A stretch of 63,999 nucleotides of DNA, the filler included, from Octopus bimaculoides (lineage: Eukaryota), in assembly GCF_001194135.2 (NCBI RefSeq). It is 6 parts of 6 records of this genome, joined end to end, with 100 filler letters (N's around TTAATTAATTAA, not from the genome) between each part and the next. Parts side by side here need not be neighbours in the genome. Positions count along the whole stretch, not along the records: positions 11,705 to 42,714 come from NC_068982.1; 5 more parts are not named here. One strand, written 5' to 3'. How positions within the stretch are numbered: the first letter of the stretch is position 1; each line of letters starts with the position of its first letter. The notes under the pieces are model-generated. The model searched no databases and was not told the DNA's origin. It worked only from the letters and a program-made list of their open reading frames with translations. The position numbers and the translations under genes are program-made. This document shows, one piece after another, positions 13,121-26,212 of the stretch.

Positions 13121-13497
13121 CAGGCGTGGCTGTGTGGTTAAGAAGCTTGTTCTCCAACCATGTGGCTTTGGGTTCAGTTTCACCGTGCGGCACCTTGGGG
13201 GAAGTGCATGCTACAACAGTCACGGACCGCCCAAAGCCTTATGAGTGTATTTGGTAGACGGAAACTGAAAGAAGCCTGTCTTGTTTGTACATACCTATGT
13301 GCGTATCTTTATGTTTGTGTCTGTCACCATCACCGCTGTTGGTTTCTTTGCGTCCCTGTAACTTAGCGGTTCGATAAAAGAGACTGATAGAATAAGAAGG
13401 CTTAAAAAATTACTTGGGTTGATTTGTTCAACTAAAACCCTTCAAGGGAGTGCCCCAGCATGGCCGTTGTCCAGTGACTGAAACAGATAAAAGATAA
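13121..13497 (+). mobile_element. tRNA-derived SINE family B
   Basis: Head GGCGTGGCTGTGTGGTTAAGAAGCTT...GGGTTCAGTTTC, core GTAGACGGAAACTGAAAGAAGCC, tail GCCCCAGCATGGCC...GACTGAAAC. Homologous to 43352-43738. Confidence 0.85.
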
Positions 13498-14141
13498 CTC
13501 CTAAATTAGGTGATGTACCTGGGAACACAAAAGAAAGTTCTAGAAAAGACAGCTCCTAAATTAGGTGATGTATTTGGGTAAAAAAAAAAGGATTAGAAAT
13601 TATCTGCTTGCTTATCTAGGGTAGCATTTTATTGAACTGTATTTTCCCGCATCACATTGATATAGTATAAAAGAAATATTACTAAAGTAAGTGTAAAAAT
13701 AAATGTATATGTGTGTGTGGTCACTTAGAACAAAGTACTGAAAGATAAGTCTGAGAGCTAATAAAAATGTTTCGTCTATAATCGTTTGTTTGACAAAATA
13801 TATTGTTTCGCCTACGACTTGAGCCGTATCTATTAATAGACTATACTTCAGACTCAGTACAAACTTATATACGTGTCGATAGTTACTCCAACACAACGTA
13901 CACTTATATTTATAGATTATGGACCTATATACAATTGTCAATGGATAGCTCCATAACACACACAAACACATATATTGATACATAGAGATCTTAAATATAG
14001 TTATTATTATATATAGAGTGAAATTATTATATATAGAGTGATTATATAACTTCCTAATGAATCGTTGGGTAACCAATGAAGACTGAGAGAGCCATATCTG
14101 TATTTGAGTTATTTGATCTTACATAGTAGTTACTTTACTAA

Positions 14142-14570
14142 GGCGGCAAGCTGGCTGAAACGTTAGCACGCTGGGCCAAATGCTTTGCGGTATTTCGTCT
14201 GCCGTTACGTTCTGAGTTCAAATTCCGCCGAGGTCAACTTTGCCTTTCATCCTTTTGGGGTCGATAAATTAAATACCGGTTACGCACTGGGGTCGATGTA
14301 ATCGACTTAATCGCATTGTTTGTCCCCCTCTATGTTCAGCCCCTTGTGGGCAATAAAGAAATAAGAAACGTTAGTACGTCGGGCGAAATGCTTAGCGGTA
14401 TTTCATCTGTCTTTATGTTCTGATTTCAAATTCCGCCGTGGTCGACTTTACCTTTCATCCTTTCGGGGTCGATAAATTAAGCACCAGTTGTATACTGGTA
14501 GGTGTAATCGAATCGACTGGCCCCCTACCCCAAAATTTCGGACCTTGTGCCTGTAGCAGAAAAGAATACT
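14142..14570 (+). mobile_element. Two tandem copies of SINE family A
   Basis: GGCGGCAAGCTGGCTGAAACGTTAGCACG...TTCTGAGTTCAAATTCCGCCGAGGTCAACTTTGCCTTTCATCC...GGGGTCGATAAATTAA occurs twice. Confidence 0.88.
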
Positions 14571-15047
14571 AGTTACTTTACTTTTCTTTATGTCGAGCAA
14601 ATAATGAGGACGTCTTTCACACTCTTTTCTTTCCTTACCTATTCACCTTCCTTTATCTCAGAGCAAAGATAAAAAAAAAGGGTAAGAATGTGTGAGAGAT
14701 TAAAGAGAGAAAGGGAGTGTGTGAAAATAAAGTAAAAGTAAAGAGACGACGTAAAACAAGTGTAAGCACTCATATATATACTCACGATGTTTGCAATTCA
14801 AATGATGACCATATATATTAATATTGATGTGTAAATATATGTTTGCATTTATTATTACATTTCATCTTCAAAAAAATTGAATAAAAAAAACAGCAATTCA
14901 AATTTTAAGTGAAATGGCACTCTACTAATATTTTCTTCATTGAATACACATTCTCTGCTATTGCTCGCGACCAATAAAACCTTAGATCCAAAAGTATTGT
15001 ATACTTTTCGCGGCTCTAGTTTTTCTTTCTGTAGAAATATATAAATC

Positions 15048-15255
15048 GGCGAGCTGGTAGAATCGTTAGCACGCTGGACAATATGCTTAGCGTTATTTCG
15101 TCCGTCTTTATGCTTTGAGGTCAAATTTTGCTGAGGTTGACTTTGCCTTTTATCATTCCGGGGGTCGATAAAATAAGTACCAGTCAAGTACTGAGATCAA
15201 TGTAATCGACTTGCCACATCCCACTAAATTCCAGGTCTTGTGCCTATAGTAGAAA
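15048..15255 (+). mobile_element. SINE family A copy
   Basis: Same head and core as the copy at 14142. Confidence 0.8.
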
Positions 15256-15696
15256 AAATTATGGGAAATATAAAAAGTTTCATTATTAACTGACAATTTC
15301 GAAAGATTTTGATACGTACAAAAAACATGAAATGGAATCATACATGCAGAATAGTGTAAAATGATGTAATATGCATCGTGCTTCTTAAATAACCATTTCG
15401 CCAAATAAATTCGTCTGAATGGCTTGAAACCAAGACATGATTTTTTAACAGTTTGAGATAAAGATGACATCAATATACTTTTTGAAAATGGAGATGTATG
15501 TAAAATTTAGGGATTCTATTTTATAAATTACTTTGATTTAGAAATGCTGAAAGATAAATCAAAGATCTGAACATGAGTCATAAAATTCAACACCAATATT
15601 ACAAATGGAAAATGTACTCCTTAGATAATGAAAGACAAGAAACAACAAAACCAGCACCAATATTTCGAATAATGAAACACACACACNNNNNNNNNN

Positions 15697-15763
<67 letters not shown>

Positions 15764-17244
15764 GAAATAAAAATTAGGTCTGCGAAAAGCCAATAGTACC
15801 CGGAAGCAAAACTTATATATATTTATCAACTGTTTGTTTCCTTATGTTTAATAAAATTAATTTTCAATTCATTTTAGAATTTAACGCTGCAGTCAAAGTG
15901 GAATCTTCAATCATTTTAGACAAACTTAATTTATAACTGAAAATGCTTAAAAGTGCGCGCGCACACACGCACGCACATACTAACACACACACACATACCA
16001 TTAGGAGCAGAATGCAGCACATAACACTGATACGCGCACACACACACATATATGCGCTCACAAACGAACAAACAAACGCATGTACTTATAAAAAACGCAT
16101 CATTGAGGTTATCTCTTAAGTCATTTGAATATTCACCGGCGGCGTGAAACAGAAATTTCCTTTCACAAGTAATTTCTCCGTTCGAAGGTTGTGTTACCTA
16201 ACGCAAATCTATGACCAAAGACTTTCCGATCTTGTCCATTCTGTACTGTTAAGGATATCTAGGATTACTTCATATAATGTGCCATTCCATTTTAAGACAA
16301 CAGAGTGTGGTTTGAGGGATATCAGTCTGCTATTTCAAGTCGGTTAAGATGAAGCATAGAAATTTCAGCGTTAGCTAATCGTGTTCTAAGGTTTTGGTTT
16401 ATACGTTTCTTTGAGTATTTAATGCTCGTGTTTTCTTTTTCTCTTGTTTATTTGCAATGTTATGCAACTGGAAATATGTTTCCAAGGCTTTTTTTAAAAA
16501 TAAATTTTTGTTTTACTTGGTTGCCAAAAGAAGGCTTGGAATTAATCACAAACCCTTTACAGTGTCTGTACCGATAAACAGAATGATTAATAAGGGATGA
16601 TTGAATTCTTGCTACAAGGGGTGAAAGAAAATCGATATATGTGGTCTTATGATCACGAATATTTATGGATAATAACTATGCCCATAAATCGTTTCTTTTT
16701 GTCTGGTCATTTGCATAATTTATGAATTAAAACACCGGCTGCAATTAAAACCAGAGCGTAAAGAGGTGAAGGGAGCTTCATGACGAAGAGCATAGTAGTT
16801 ACGGTGATCTTTGATACCCTATAGTTTAAACAATTTTTGTAGTTCATACATAATTCTTTTTGGTCTAAAAAAAAAAAAAAAAAAAAAAACCCAAAAAACC
16901 CAGCGACAGGATACAACTCAGAATGGCTGGAAAACAGAATGTTAAAAGCAGGACTGTTCAGTCTAAAGCCAACTGTTCGACCCGCTTACAGTGCTATCAA
17001 GAAGTAGAACAAATCGTTGAATATGCTATGCTTGAGTACGTAACGTACATAATAAATGAATAGGTGCTACTGCATCATGGTTTTAAAGTTTTTGAATGCA
17101 AGTTTGTCAGGGTAGAGCTATCAAACAACATCTAACATCTGAACCTTTAAAAAATACTGGTAGAAATTTCAAATAAAATATTCAACTGGCTTCTACATGG
17201 TTACATGATGAGCTAGAAATAGTAGGTATATTTTGCTTTTCTTT

Positions 17245-17452
17245 TCTACTCTAGGCACAAAGCTCGAAGTTTTGGGGGTAGGGGGCCAGTCGATTAGATC
17301 GACCCCAGTACGCGATTTATTGCAATTTATCGACCCCGAAAGGGTCAAAGGCAAAGTCGACCTCGGCGGAATTTGAACTCAGAATGTAAAGTTAGACGAA
17401 ATACCGCTAAGCATTTCGCCCGGCGTGCTAACGTTTCTGCTAGCTCGCCGCC
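17245..17452 (-). mobile_element. SINE family A copy (well preserved)
   Basis: Reverse complement of the family A head and core, ending GCTCGCCGCC. Confidence 0.88.
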
Positions 17453-17563
17453 TAATACCATCATAAAAAAAAGAAGACATTAGACAATGTAATTTCTGAG
17501 CTGAGATACACTCCTTTAAAGTCAATGGTTAAAAACACCAATTATTTTTGTAGCGCGCGTACA

Positions 17564-17598
<35 letters not shown>

Positions 17599-17758
17599 AT
17601 GTATATTTNNNNNNNNNNNNNNNNNNNNNNNNNNNNNNNNNNNNNNNNNNNNNNNNNNNNNNNNNNNNNNNNNNNNNNNNNNNNNNNNNNNNNNNNNNNN
17701 NNNNNNNNNNNNNNNNNNNNNNNNNNNNNNNNNNNNNNNNNNNNNNNNNNNNNNNNNN

Positions 17759-18040
17759 AAGCTCTACGAGGCTCCGGCAGGGGATGGTGGCGAACCCTGC
17801 TGTACTCTTCCACCACAACTTTCTCTCACTCTTACTTCCTGTTTCTGTTGTGCCTGTAATTCAAAGGGTCAGCCTTGTCACACTGTGTCACGCTGAATAT
17901 TCCCGAGAACTACGTTAAGGGTACACGTGTCTGTGGAGTGCTCAGTCACTTGCACGTTAATTTCACGAGCAGGCTGTTCCGTTGATCGGGTCAACTGGAA
18001 CCCTCGACGTCGCAAGCGACGGAGTGCCAGCAACAACAAT
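17759..18040 (+). mobile_element. tRNA-derived SINE family C (head lost in gap), (CAA)n tail
   Basis: Matches the reverse complement of 29791-30174 and 52885-53266. Ends GACGGAGTGCCAGCAACAACAA. Confidence 0.88.
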
Positions 18041-18563
18041 AACATGGCCAGATGTTACCAATCACGTCTCTTCAAAGATTTCTCTGAAATATGAAGGTCG
18101 TAATATCTGGCCATATTGTTGAAAGGCTATAAACACCAAGTATCCTTACTCTGTATCATTTCGTTCCCTCTTATTGCAGATTACTGCAGTCACCTGAACG
18201 AAATCTAGAGTAGTAGGCAGAGAATTGGCGGAGACGTTAGAGAGCCGTATAGAATGCTTCACGGTATCTGTTCTGACTTCCCGAGTTCAACTCCCATCGT
18301 TTCGTGGTCCATCAAAATAATTACTTAATCCAGCTTTTTTCTTTTATGAGTTCAAACCCCTTCATTGACTACTTGGATCGTAGGCTAAATTTGTCATCCA
18401 CTTTCACACAATCATCTGCTATCGTGGGTTCATTTAGCAGAGTTTGCTCTGTTACGAGCATTCGAGACAAGTCGCCAGTTTGCGGGTACCTTCATTCTCT
18501 GTCCCACCAGTCTTGGGGGATCTACAATGAGCCATGAGCACTGATTTGCCTCTTGGCTATCTG

Positions 18564-18637
<74 letters not shown>

Positions 18638-18689
18638 CGTCCGTCTGTCTGTCTGTCTATGTATATATGATACACATGTATGTGTGTGT

Positions 18690-18845
18690 GTGCTTGGATA
18701 TGTTTGTGTGTCTGTGTTTGTACCCCCATCATCGCGTGAAGCCAATGTTGGTGTGTTTACGTCCCCACAACCTATCGGTTCGGCAGGCGGTGCTCCAGCA
18801 TGGCCGCAATCAAATGACTGAAACAAATAAAAGAATAAAAGAAAG
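18690..18845 (+). mobile_element. SINE family B 3' part
   Basis: GGTGTGTTTACGTCCCC...GGCGGTGCTCCAGCATGGCCGCAATCAAATGACTGAAACAA. Confidence 0.75.
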
Positions 18846-19790
18846 AATAAGAATATATATATACATATACATATATATATATNNNNNNNNNNNNNNNNNN
18901 NNNNNNNNNNNNNNNNNNNNNNNNNNNNNNNNNNNNNNNNNNNNNNNNNNNNNNNNNNNNNNNNNNNNNNNNNNNNNNNNNNNNNNNNNNNNNNNNNNNN
19001 NNNNNNNNNNNNNNNNNNNNNNNNNNNNNNNNNNNNNNNNNNNNNNNNNNNNNNNNNNNNNNNNNNNNNNNNNNNNNNNNNNNNNNNNNNNNNNNNNNNN
19101 NNNNNNNNNNNNNNNNNNNNNNNNNNNNNNNNNNNNNNNNNNNNNNNNNNNNNNNNNNNNNNNNNNNNNNNNNNNNNNNNNNNNNNNNNNNNNNNNNNNN
19201 NNNNNNNNNNNNNNNNNNNNNNNNNNNNNNNNNNNNNNNNNNNNNNNNNNNNNNNNNNNNNNNNNNNNNNNNNNNNNNNNNNNNNNNNNNNNNNNNNNNN
19301 NNNNNNNNNNNNNNNNNNNNNNNNNNNNNNNNNNNNNNNNNNNNNNNNNNNNNNNNNNNNNNNNNNNNNNNNNNNNNNNNNNNNNNNNNNNNNNNNNNNN
19401 NNNNNNNNNNNNNNNNNNNNNNNNNNNNNNNNNNNNNNNNNNNNNNNNNNNNNNNNNNNNNNNNNNNNNNNNNNNNNNNNNNNNNNNNNNNNNNNNNNNN
19501 NNNNNNNNNNNNNNNNNNNNNNNNNNNNNNNNNNNNNNNNNNNNNNNNNNNNNNNNNNNNNNNNNNNNNNNNNNNNNNNNNNNNNNNNNNNNNNNNNNNN
19601 NNNNNNNNNNNNNNNNNNNNNNNNNNNNNNNNNNNNNNNNNNNNNNNNNNNNNNNNNNNNNNNNNNNNNNNNNNNNNNNNNNNNNNNNNNNNNNNNNNNN
19701 NNNNNNNNNNNNNNNNNNNNNNNNNNNNNTGCTAGGCCACTGGTTTTAAATTGATGTTAATTAAATTAATATTCAATTTATCACCCTCAG

Positions 19791-19866
<76 letters not shown>

Positions 19867-20144
19867 AATATATATGCGTCAATCGCAAGACCTATTCTTA
19901 TGGCTGCTTTAAACATTGCAAAGACTATAATCACAAATAAATGACGCTGAAATAGAAATAATATTATAAGCAAAGAAATCTGCCCCCTTGCACAACAATA
20001 CTTTCCAGACTAAGAAAAAAAAACTAAAGAACCGTTTGACGCAAGCATGGATCAAAGGATTCAGCAGCGGTAAGCAACATTGTCGGCCTTTATACATTAG
20101 CAAACTTACAGAACAAATTTCCATTCGTCTCAGGTGGTCTCTAC

Positions 20145-21170
20145 AGGGACAACGGTTTACTCTTATTAAGAAACTACAACCTACAAAAACCGATAAGTTT
20201 AGGAAAGAACTATATCACTTCCTTAAAAACATAAGTTTCTCTATTGCAGTTGAAGCACATTCAGTCAACTTTCACGTTACATTCGAATTAGAACGCTACA
20301 AGAAAGATAACGAAAATCTCCAATATTCATTAACAATCCAACCATCCCAAAGCATGATTAAAACCTATTAAGGAATTTAACGCTATGACTTTCTTTACCT
20401 TCCAATGATAAATACTCAACGAAATAACAACTCCATACAGCAAAACTCAATTATAGCGGTTACAAGAAAAAAGTGCAGTATATAAACAATACCATATCTA
20501 CAATAAATAAAAAACAGAAGAATAGAAGGAACATTTTCTGGTTCAATCTCCCATCAACATACAAGCCCCTACATTAATATCTAAATTATTTTTCAGAATA
20601 CTCTCCAAACACTTTCACCCCAACTACAAACATCACAAACTAAGAAATAAAAACAACACAAAATTCTCATATTCCTGAACTAACGATTTAAAAAAAAACT
20701 GCAGCCAATTCCAACCAGCAAAATGAGCCTAAAAGTGAAAACCAAAACAACACTCATAACAGCAACAACTGCAACTTCAGAACCCCTTCGTCCTGCCCTC
20801 CAAAAGGAAACTGTCTCACAAGCAATATTGTTTATAGCGCAACTGTAACCACAAACGCTACACCAACTATTACATTCACATATATAGGATCTTCAACAAA
20901 CCAGTTCAAGACACGATACAACCAACTCAGGCATACTTTTCGGTAATCCAAACAGGAAAAATGATACCTCACTATCTAAATATATATGGACATTAAAATA
21001 AATGTACTACGTTTATCATTAGTAAAAGAATATGGTGTCATGCACCACCATACCAACGTAATAACAAACTCTGCCAACTTTGTATCAATGAAACTTATCA
21101 CATTCTCATATTCAGGAATCAAATTCTGAATCGAAGCTCTGAATTAGTCTCTTTCTGCAAACACAAAATT
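20145..21170 (+). mobile_element. Decayed PLE (same type as 54315), RT thumb + GIY-YIG
   Basis: FRKELYHFLKNISFSIAVE, IFWFNLP, KHFHPNYKHHKL, CNFRTPSSCPPKGNCLTSNIVYSATV...TYIGSSTNQFKTRYNQ, DTSLSKYIWTLK and APPYQRNNKLCQLCINE are colinear with the 54-55 kb element. Confidence 0.85.
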
Positions 21171-22679
21171 CTCTCTCTCTCTCTCACGCATACACACACA
21201 CATACCCCCCCATCACATATTCTCACTCCACACAGCATTTGAACTCATCGAGATTGGTGAGAGGAAGAGAAGAAGGAAAGAAGTTATCCTTAGACCGGAG
21301 ACTTGATCGGTAATGTCAGCAATAGCAGTGATTCGCTAAAAGCGCCCAAAGGTCAAGTGGTGGTGTTTAAACCAGGCAACAGACAAACTGTACAGAGATA
21401 CAAGTCACTTCTATAGGCGATAGAGACACTTTTACTGTCGATCAAGTTCGTCTCACCAGCATTATAGGACCCCGAGCAAAGCACTGTTCTGGAGCCCCTA
21501 TGAACGCAGCTACAACGCACATTAATTTACATTGGGTTTCTAGATTCGTGCCCCAGTCCTGGCAAATATCCAGAGTATCAATGCCTTAAGCCTTCTGTCA
21601 AGCTGAAATCAATCTTGTGGGCTCTGTAGTCTAACATACAGACCCTGTTCTTTTGATTCGAAGTTTGGACTTGGTGGATATTTTCACTTCTCACACTTTA
21701 AAAAATATTTTAACTTTTTTCTTCGCCACTACATTTTTACATCTTTCGTTCTAGCGTCCTTGGATTGTTTTCGATTTATTTTTCGCGTCTTACTTTAGAG
21801 ACCAAAACAGCAGCAACAACAATAATTGTAGCAACAATATCAGCAAAAGGAATTTTCTTGGGGTTGATCGAAAAAAAATGTATTAATATGTTTCTTTTTG
21901 TCTCCCACCACAAAAAGACCTCCCAAAACAAACAAAAAAACCCTATACATATTTATACTTATATATTTTTTAAGCCTGAAAATAAAATGTCCCAGATTAG
22001 ACGAAATACGCTTCTTGTTATGACGAGAAAAAATATAACAACAACGACACGAGAAATAGTCTATTGTTTTCAAATATAATTACATGTTTGATGTTTTCTC
22101 TGCTTTTTACGAGAGTAACACAATGATTACCAATATTTTACGACGACTGTACCATGTTTCAACTTGATAATCTAAAGCGTTAACTAGCACATAATTATTA
22201 GGTTTGTGTGTATGCGAGAGTGTCTAAGTTGTATTTGTACGTGTGTGAGTTTATGGTTGCCTTTGTGCCTGTAACTGATCGTAAAGATGTGCGTATGTGT
22301 GTGCGTGTGTGTGTGTGCGTGTGCGTGCACTTGAATCAACGTAGTTGTTTACAGAAAGAAAAAACGTTGACCTGCTTATGGAAATAGCGTTTTATTAATG
22401 TTTTTATTATTTTTTTACTGTTATGCAATTTTTCTCACAATACATACACGCACGCGCGCGTTCCGAGACGTCTCGCTTTCTCTCTCTCTCTCTCTCTCTC
22501 GAACGGGAACAGAGTGTTGCAACAGGCTGACTTTCAAAGGGGCCACAGTTCTTCAAAAAATTCCCTCAAAACTAAAGGCATAGAAATGGAGAGGAAGTCA
22601 ACACTCTGAAATAAAAGAATATAAGTATGCATACGTGCACCGTACACGCACATTTCGGTTGTATGTATGTATGTATGTA

Positions 22680-22719
<40 letters not shown>

Positions 22720-22873
22720 TGTGTGCGCGTGTGTGCATGCGTTTTTAATTCTTTAATTTAATATTGTTGACGTCCGCTCCATAAATATGCTTTCTGTTTC
22801 GAGGGAAAATATTGAAGAGTTGTGGCTCTGCTAAAAAAGCAGGCAGTTGTAGTACATAATTCTCATTCTCATT

Positions 22874-22924
<51 letters not shown>

Positions 22925-22939
22925 GGAACATTTCTAACT

Positions 22940-23700
22940 ATTCATTAGCGTTTTGAGCGCAAAAGTCTGACTCCAATCACTCATGACTTTCCGGATATAG
23001 ATGAATGCCAAACGTTCTTTTTTCCTTCTAAGGAATATGTCTTCAAAGATTTCAGCCTTTTCCAACAAATCACCCAGTGTACGGAAACAATCTTTTGTGC
23101 AGATTATCTAGATTGCCTCTACTTCAGTACAGAGCTTGGCAACCATAGATGGGAGCAATAATCTGGCTGAATGAAAACAAATGTTTTCCGGTGGACATGA
23201 TGACTTCTTGTGTTCTTAGAATTCACCCTAGTAATCTGTTGCAAGATTTTAGCATTTTTCTAACATGCGCATAAAATGATGCGCTATTATTACTCCCAGG
23301 TTCTGTTCAGTTCGTAATGAAATTTCTTCCGGTCCTAAGTATCCATGTTATGCTATGTTGGACGGCTGATAGCAAAGTACTTGAAACTTTACTGAATTGA
23401 ATCTCAAGTTATTTTTCTTCATCCAATCTGTATATGGTATCGAGCTCGTTCTGTAGGCTTTTAATGTCTTCAAGGCCTTTTACCGTTTTTGATCTTGTAT
23501 GGTCGGCATAGCATGTAACAATAAGTCTATTAGATCTATTACAAACAATATGTAAAGGTAAGTTTGATAGATCTGTTACAAACAGTACCCTGCTCTGGAG
23601 AGTTCACCTTCCAGATTAGGTTACTACGTACAACTTCAGTGTTTTCGTAATTCATACAACTACTCTATTAGTTTTCCGATAATACCGAAGTCACAAAATT
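22940..23700 (-). mobile_element. CR1-group LINE RT C-terminal fragment, decayed
   Basis: The minus strand gives VTCYADHT...DIKSLQNELDTIY, PDYCSHLWLP and RLKSLKTYSLE. Colinear with 49305-50270. Confidence 0.7.
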
Positions 23701-23742
23701 TTGGTATTTTTTATGTTGTTGTTGCTGTTGTTGTCGTTGTTG

Positions 23743-23813
<71 letters not shown>

Positions 23814-25475
23814 TTCTCTTTATCACAGGTTTTGTTGGAGCTCCTGGAGTCTTGCATGCGTAGCGGGCTTACTACCTGCAGCCTAGGGTACCATGTTATT
23901 CGTTCTTTTCAGCTATCTAATACTTACCTGATTATTTTGGCCGTGCCAAGGAGGTGAACCTTTAGTAACAGTTCTGCTAGGCACTCTATTCCAATTTTCT
24001 TTATATTCCCCTCGATGCCTCCTGATACTGTTCCCAAGGACCCAACAATAACTGACACTATCTTCACCTTCTTCATTTTCCATAACCAGGCTAATTCGTA
24101 CTTAAGAGGGTTGTATTTATCTAACTTTTCGCCTTCCTTCTTAACTCTTCGTGGGTTAAAAGGGCATGCAACAGCAACTATATATATAGCATATGTGGTA
24201 CACCTTGTCCTCCACCACTAGGTCCGGTCTGTTATGCTCTACCACCTGATCTGTTTGGATTGGGAAATCCCAAAGGATTTTGCTAGTCTCCGACTCCATC
24301 ACTCTCTGCGGTTTGTGCTCATACCACATCTTGCCTCTCTCTAGCCCCCTCTATTTGCACAGTTTCCAATGTAGCACTTTCGCTACCTGGTCGTGTCGCC
24401 ACAGCTTGTAATGGTTTTGGGCAAGTCCAGGGCATTCGTTCGTAATATGGGCAATGGTTTCATCCACTCTATTGCAGACGTGGCACAGCGTAGACACTTA
24501 CTCATTCCTAAAGTTGACCCTCCAGTTCGTAGCCATAGCTTGGTCTTACGTTGCCAGTATAGTGCTCTCGGTCTCTTTTTTTAGGGTTCCTTTCATCAGC
24601 CAATCCCACCTATTTTTCCAGCAACTTCTCTTGTGGCTATTGGTTGTGTAGTCACTTCATGCGCATTTCTTCTTCATGTCCTTTTTGTACTTCTTCCTTT
24701 GTTTTCCCTCTTTTCTCTGCTCTCAATACTCCCTCGTTCCTAACTGTCACTAGCAATGTTTCCTTACTTTGGGCAAGGTATCTCATTAAGCTCTCGAGTT
24801 CGATATGCACGCAATCTTCCACACTTATCAGTCCCCTTCGTCCACTTGCTCTCTTCAGATATAGGCGATCAGTGTCTGCACGTGGATGACGGGCTCCATG
24901 CATCGTTAGGAGCTTTCTTGACTTCCTCTCTATCTCCCTTAGGTCCTCCTCTGCCCAGTTCAGGATTCCAGCGTCAGACCGAACTACTGCGAGTGCGCGC
25001 GAGTTTATTGCCGAAACTATGTTTCTGGCATTCAGCTTTGAAGCCAATATTTTTCTCACTCACCGCAGGTACTATCTTTTTGTCTTTTTCTTCATGACGT
25101 TGTGTTTGATTCCATTTGCCTCAAGTATTCACAGGTATTTATAGCTGGAGTGAGGTTGAATTGCCTTCATCATTTCACCACTTGGCAACCATAAGCCTTC
25201 TGTTCTGACAAACTTTCCTCGTCCTATCTCCACCGAAGCAACATTTTGAGAGTCCAAATTCCATCTTAATATCCAGTTCTGCCTCAGTTTTTGTGAATAG
25301 CTTCAGGTCGTCCATGAATAGCAAGTGGTTCAGTTTCCCTTACCTCTTCCCAGATCATACCCCAACTTTGTTTTCTGTAGTATTTCACTCAAGGGGATCA
25401 TTCCCAACACGAAGATCAGTGTGAACACACTGTACCGCTGGCAGATTCCTCTCTTGATTTTCACCTCTCCTAATC
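23814..25475 (-). mobile_element. R4/Dong-clade RLE LINE, 5'-truncated, with (AAT)n/(AAC)n tail at 23712-23813
   Basis: [14 protein letters not shown] (RT), then ORF 24652-25059 thumb (SKLNARN...HPRADTDRLYLKRASGRRGL), then RHDQVAKVLHWKLCK and KILWDFPIQTDQVVEHNRPDLVV (RLE). Confidence 0.92.
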
Positions 25476-25571
25476 CATCCATCCATCCATCTATCCATCC
25501 ATCCATCCATCCATCCATCCATCCATCCATCCATCCATCCATACACACCCACATACATACATACATACATA

Positions 25572-26065
25572 CATGCACTGGAGTCGGAGAAATGTAAGAT
25601 TTTGTGGGACTTCTCTATTCAAACGGACAAGAAATTAGAAAATAATAGACCAGTCATAACGGTGGTAGATAACGGTTGTAGAAAAATGGTTGTAGAAAAC
25701 GCGAGGCTGCTTACTTATCGATCCATCATGCCCGTTTGATTCCAGGATCGTAAAGAAAGAGGAAGAAAGAAAGAATTTGGAGCATGAGAATAGTAAAGGT
25801 CGCGTCTATAACAACTGGTCCGTTGGGTACAGTAAGCAAAAATATAGACAAGTGGCTGAAGAAGATTGAAATAGAATGTCAGTAGAGCTCCTACAGAAAG
25901 TTTGTCTCTCAGGGACAGCAAAGATTATCAGGAGGATTCTAAGCACTCGAAAGACTGCTGAAAACTTGTGGATACCTAAGGTTATAAGTAGTAACCTGCT
26001 ATCTGCATAATTCCTACCAGCAATAAGACCGAACCTGAGCCAAACAAAATAATAATAATAATTAA
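25572..26065 (+). mobile_element. R4/Dong RLE domain + 3' end with (AAT)4 tail
   Basis: [37 protein letters not shown] and GPLGTVSKNIDKWLKKI. Ends CAAAATAATAATAATAAT. Confidence 0.85.
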
Positions 26066-26154
26066 AACAATATGCATATGCACCCACTCTCTTACACTCA
26101 GACATGAATTCCACTTATTTTCACCTCTCCCCAATATATGTTTGTTTGTTTGTT

Positions 26155-26212
<58 letters not shown>

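Noticed and set aside
13498-13572. 20-bp direct repeat CTCCTAAATTAGGTGATGTA with a 35-bp spacer, CRISPR-like spacing
   Set aside because: Only two units, eukaryotic context and no cas genes. A local tandem duplication is sufficient.
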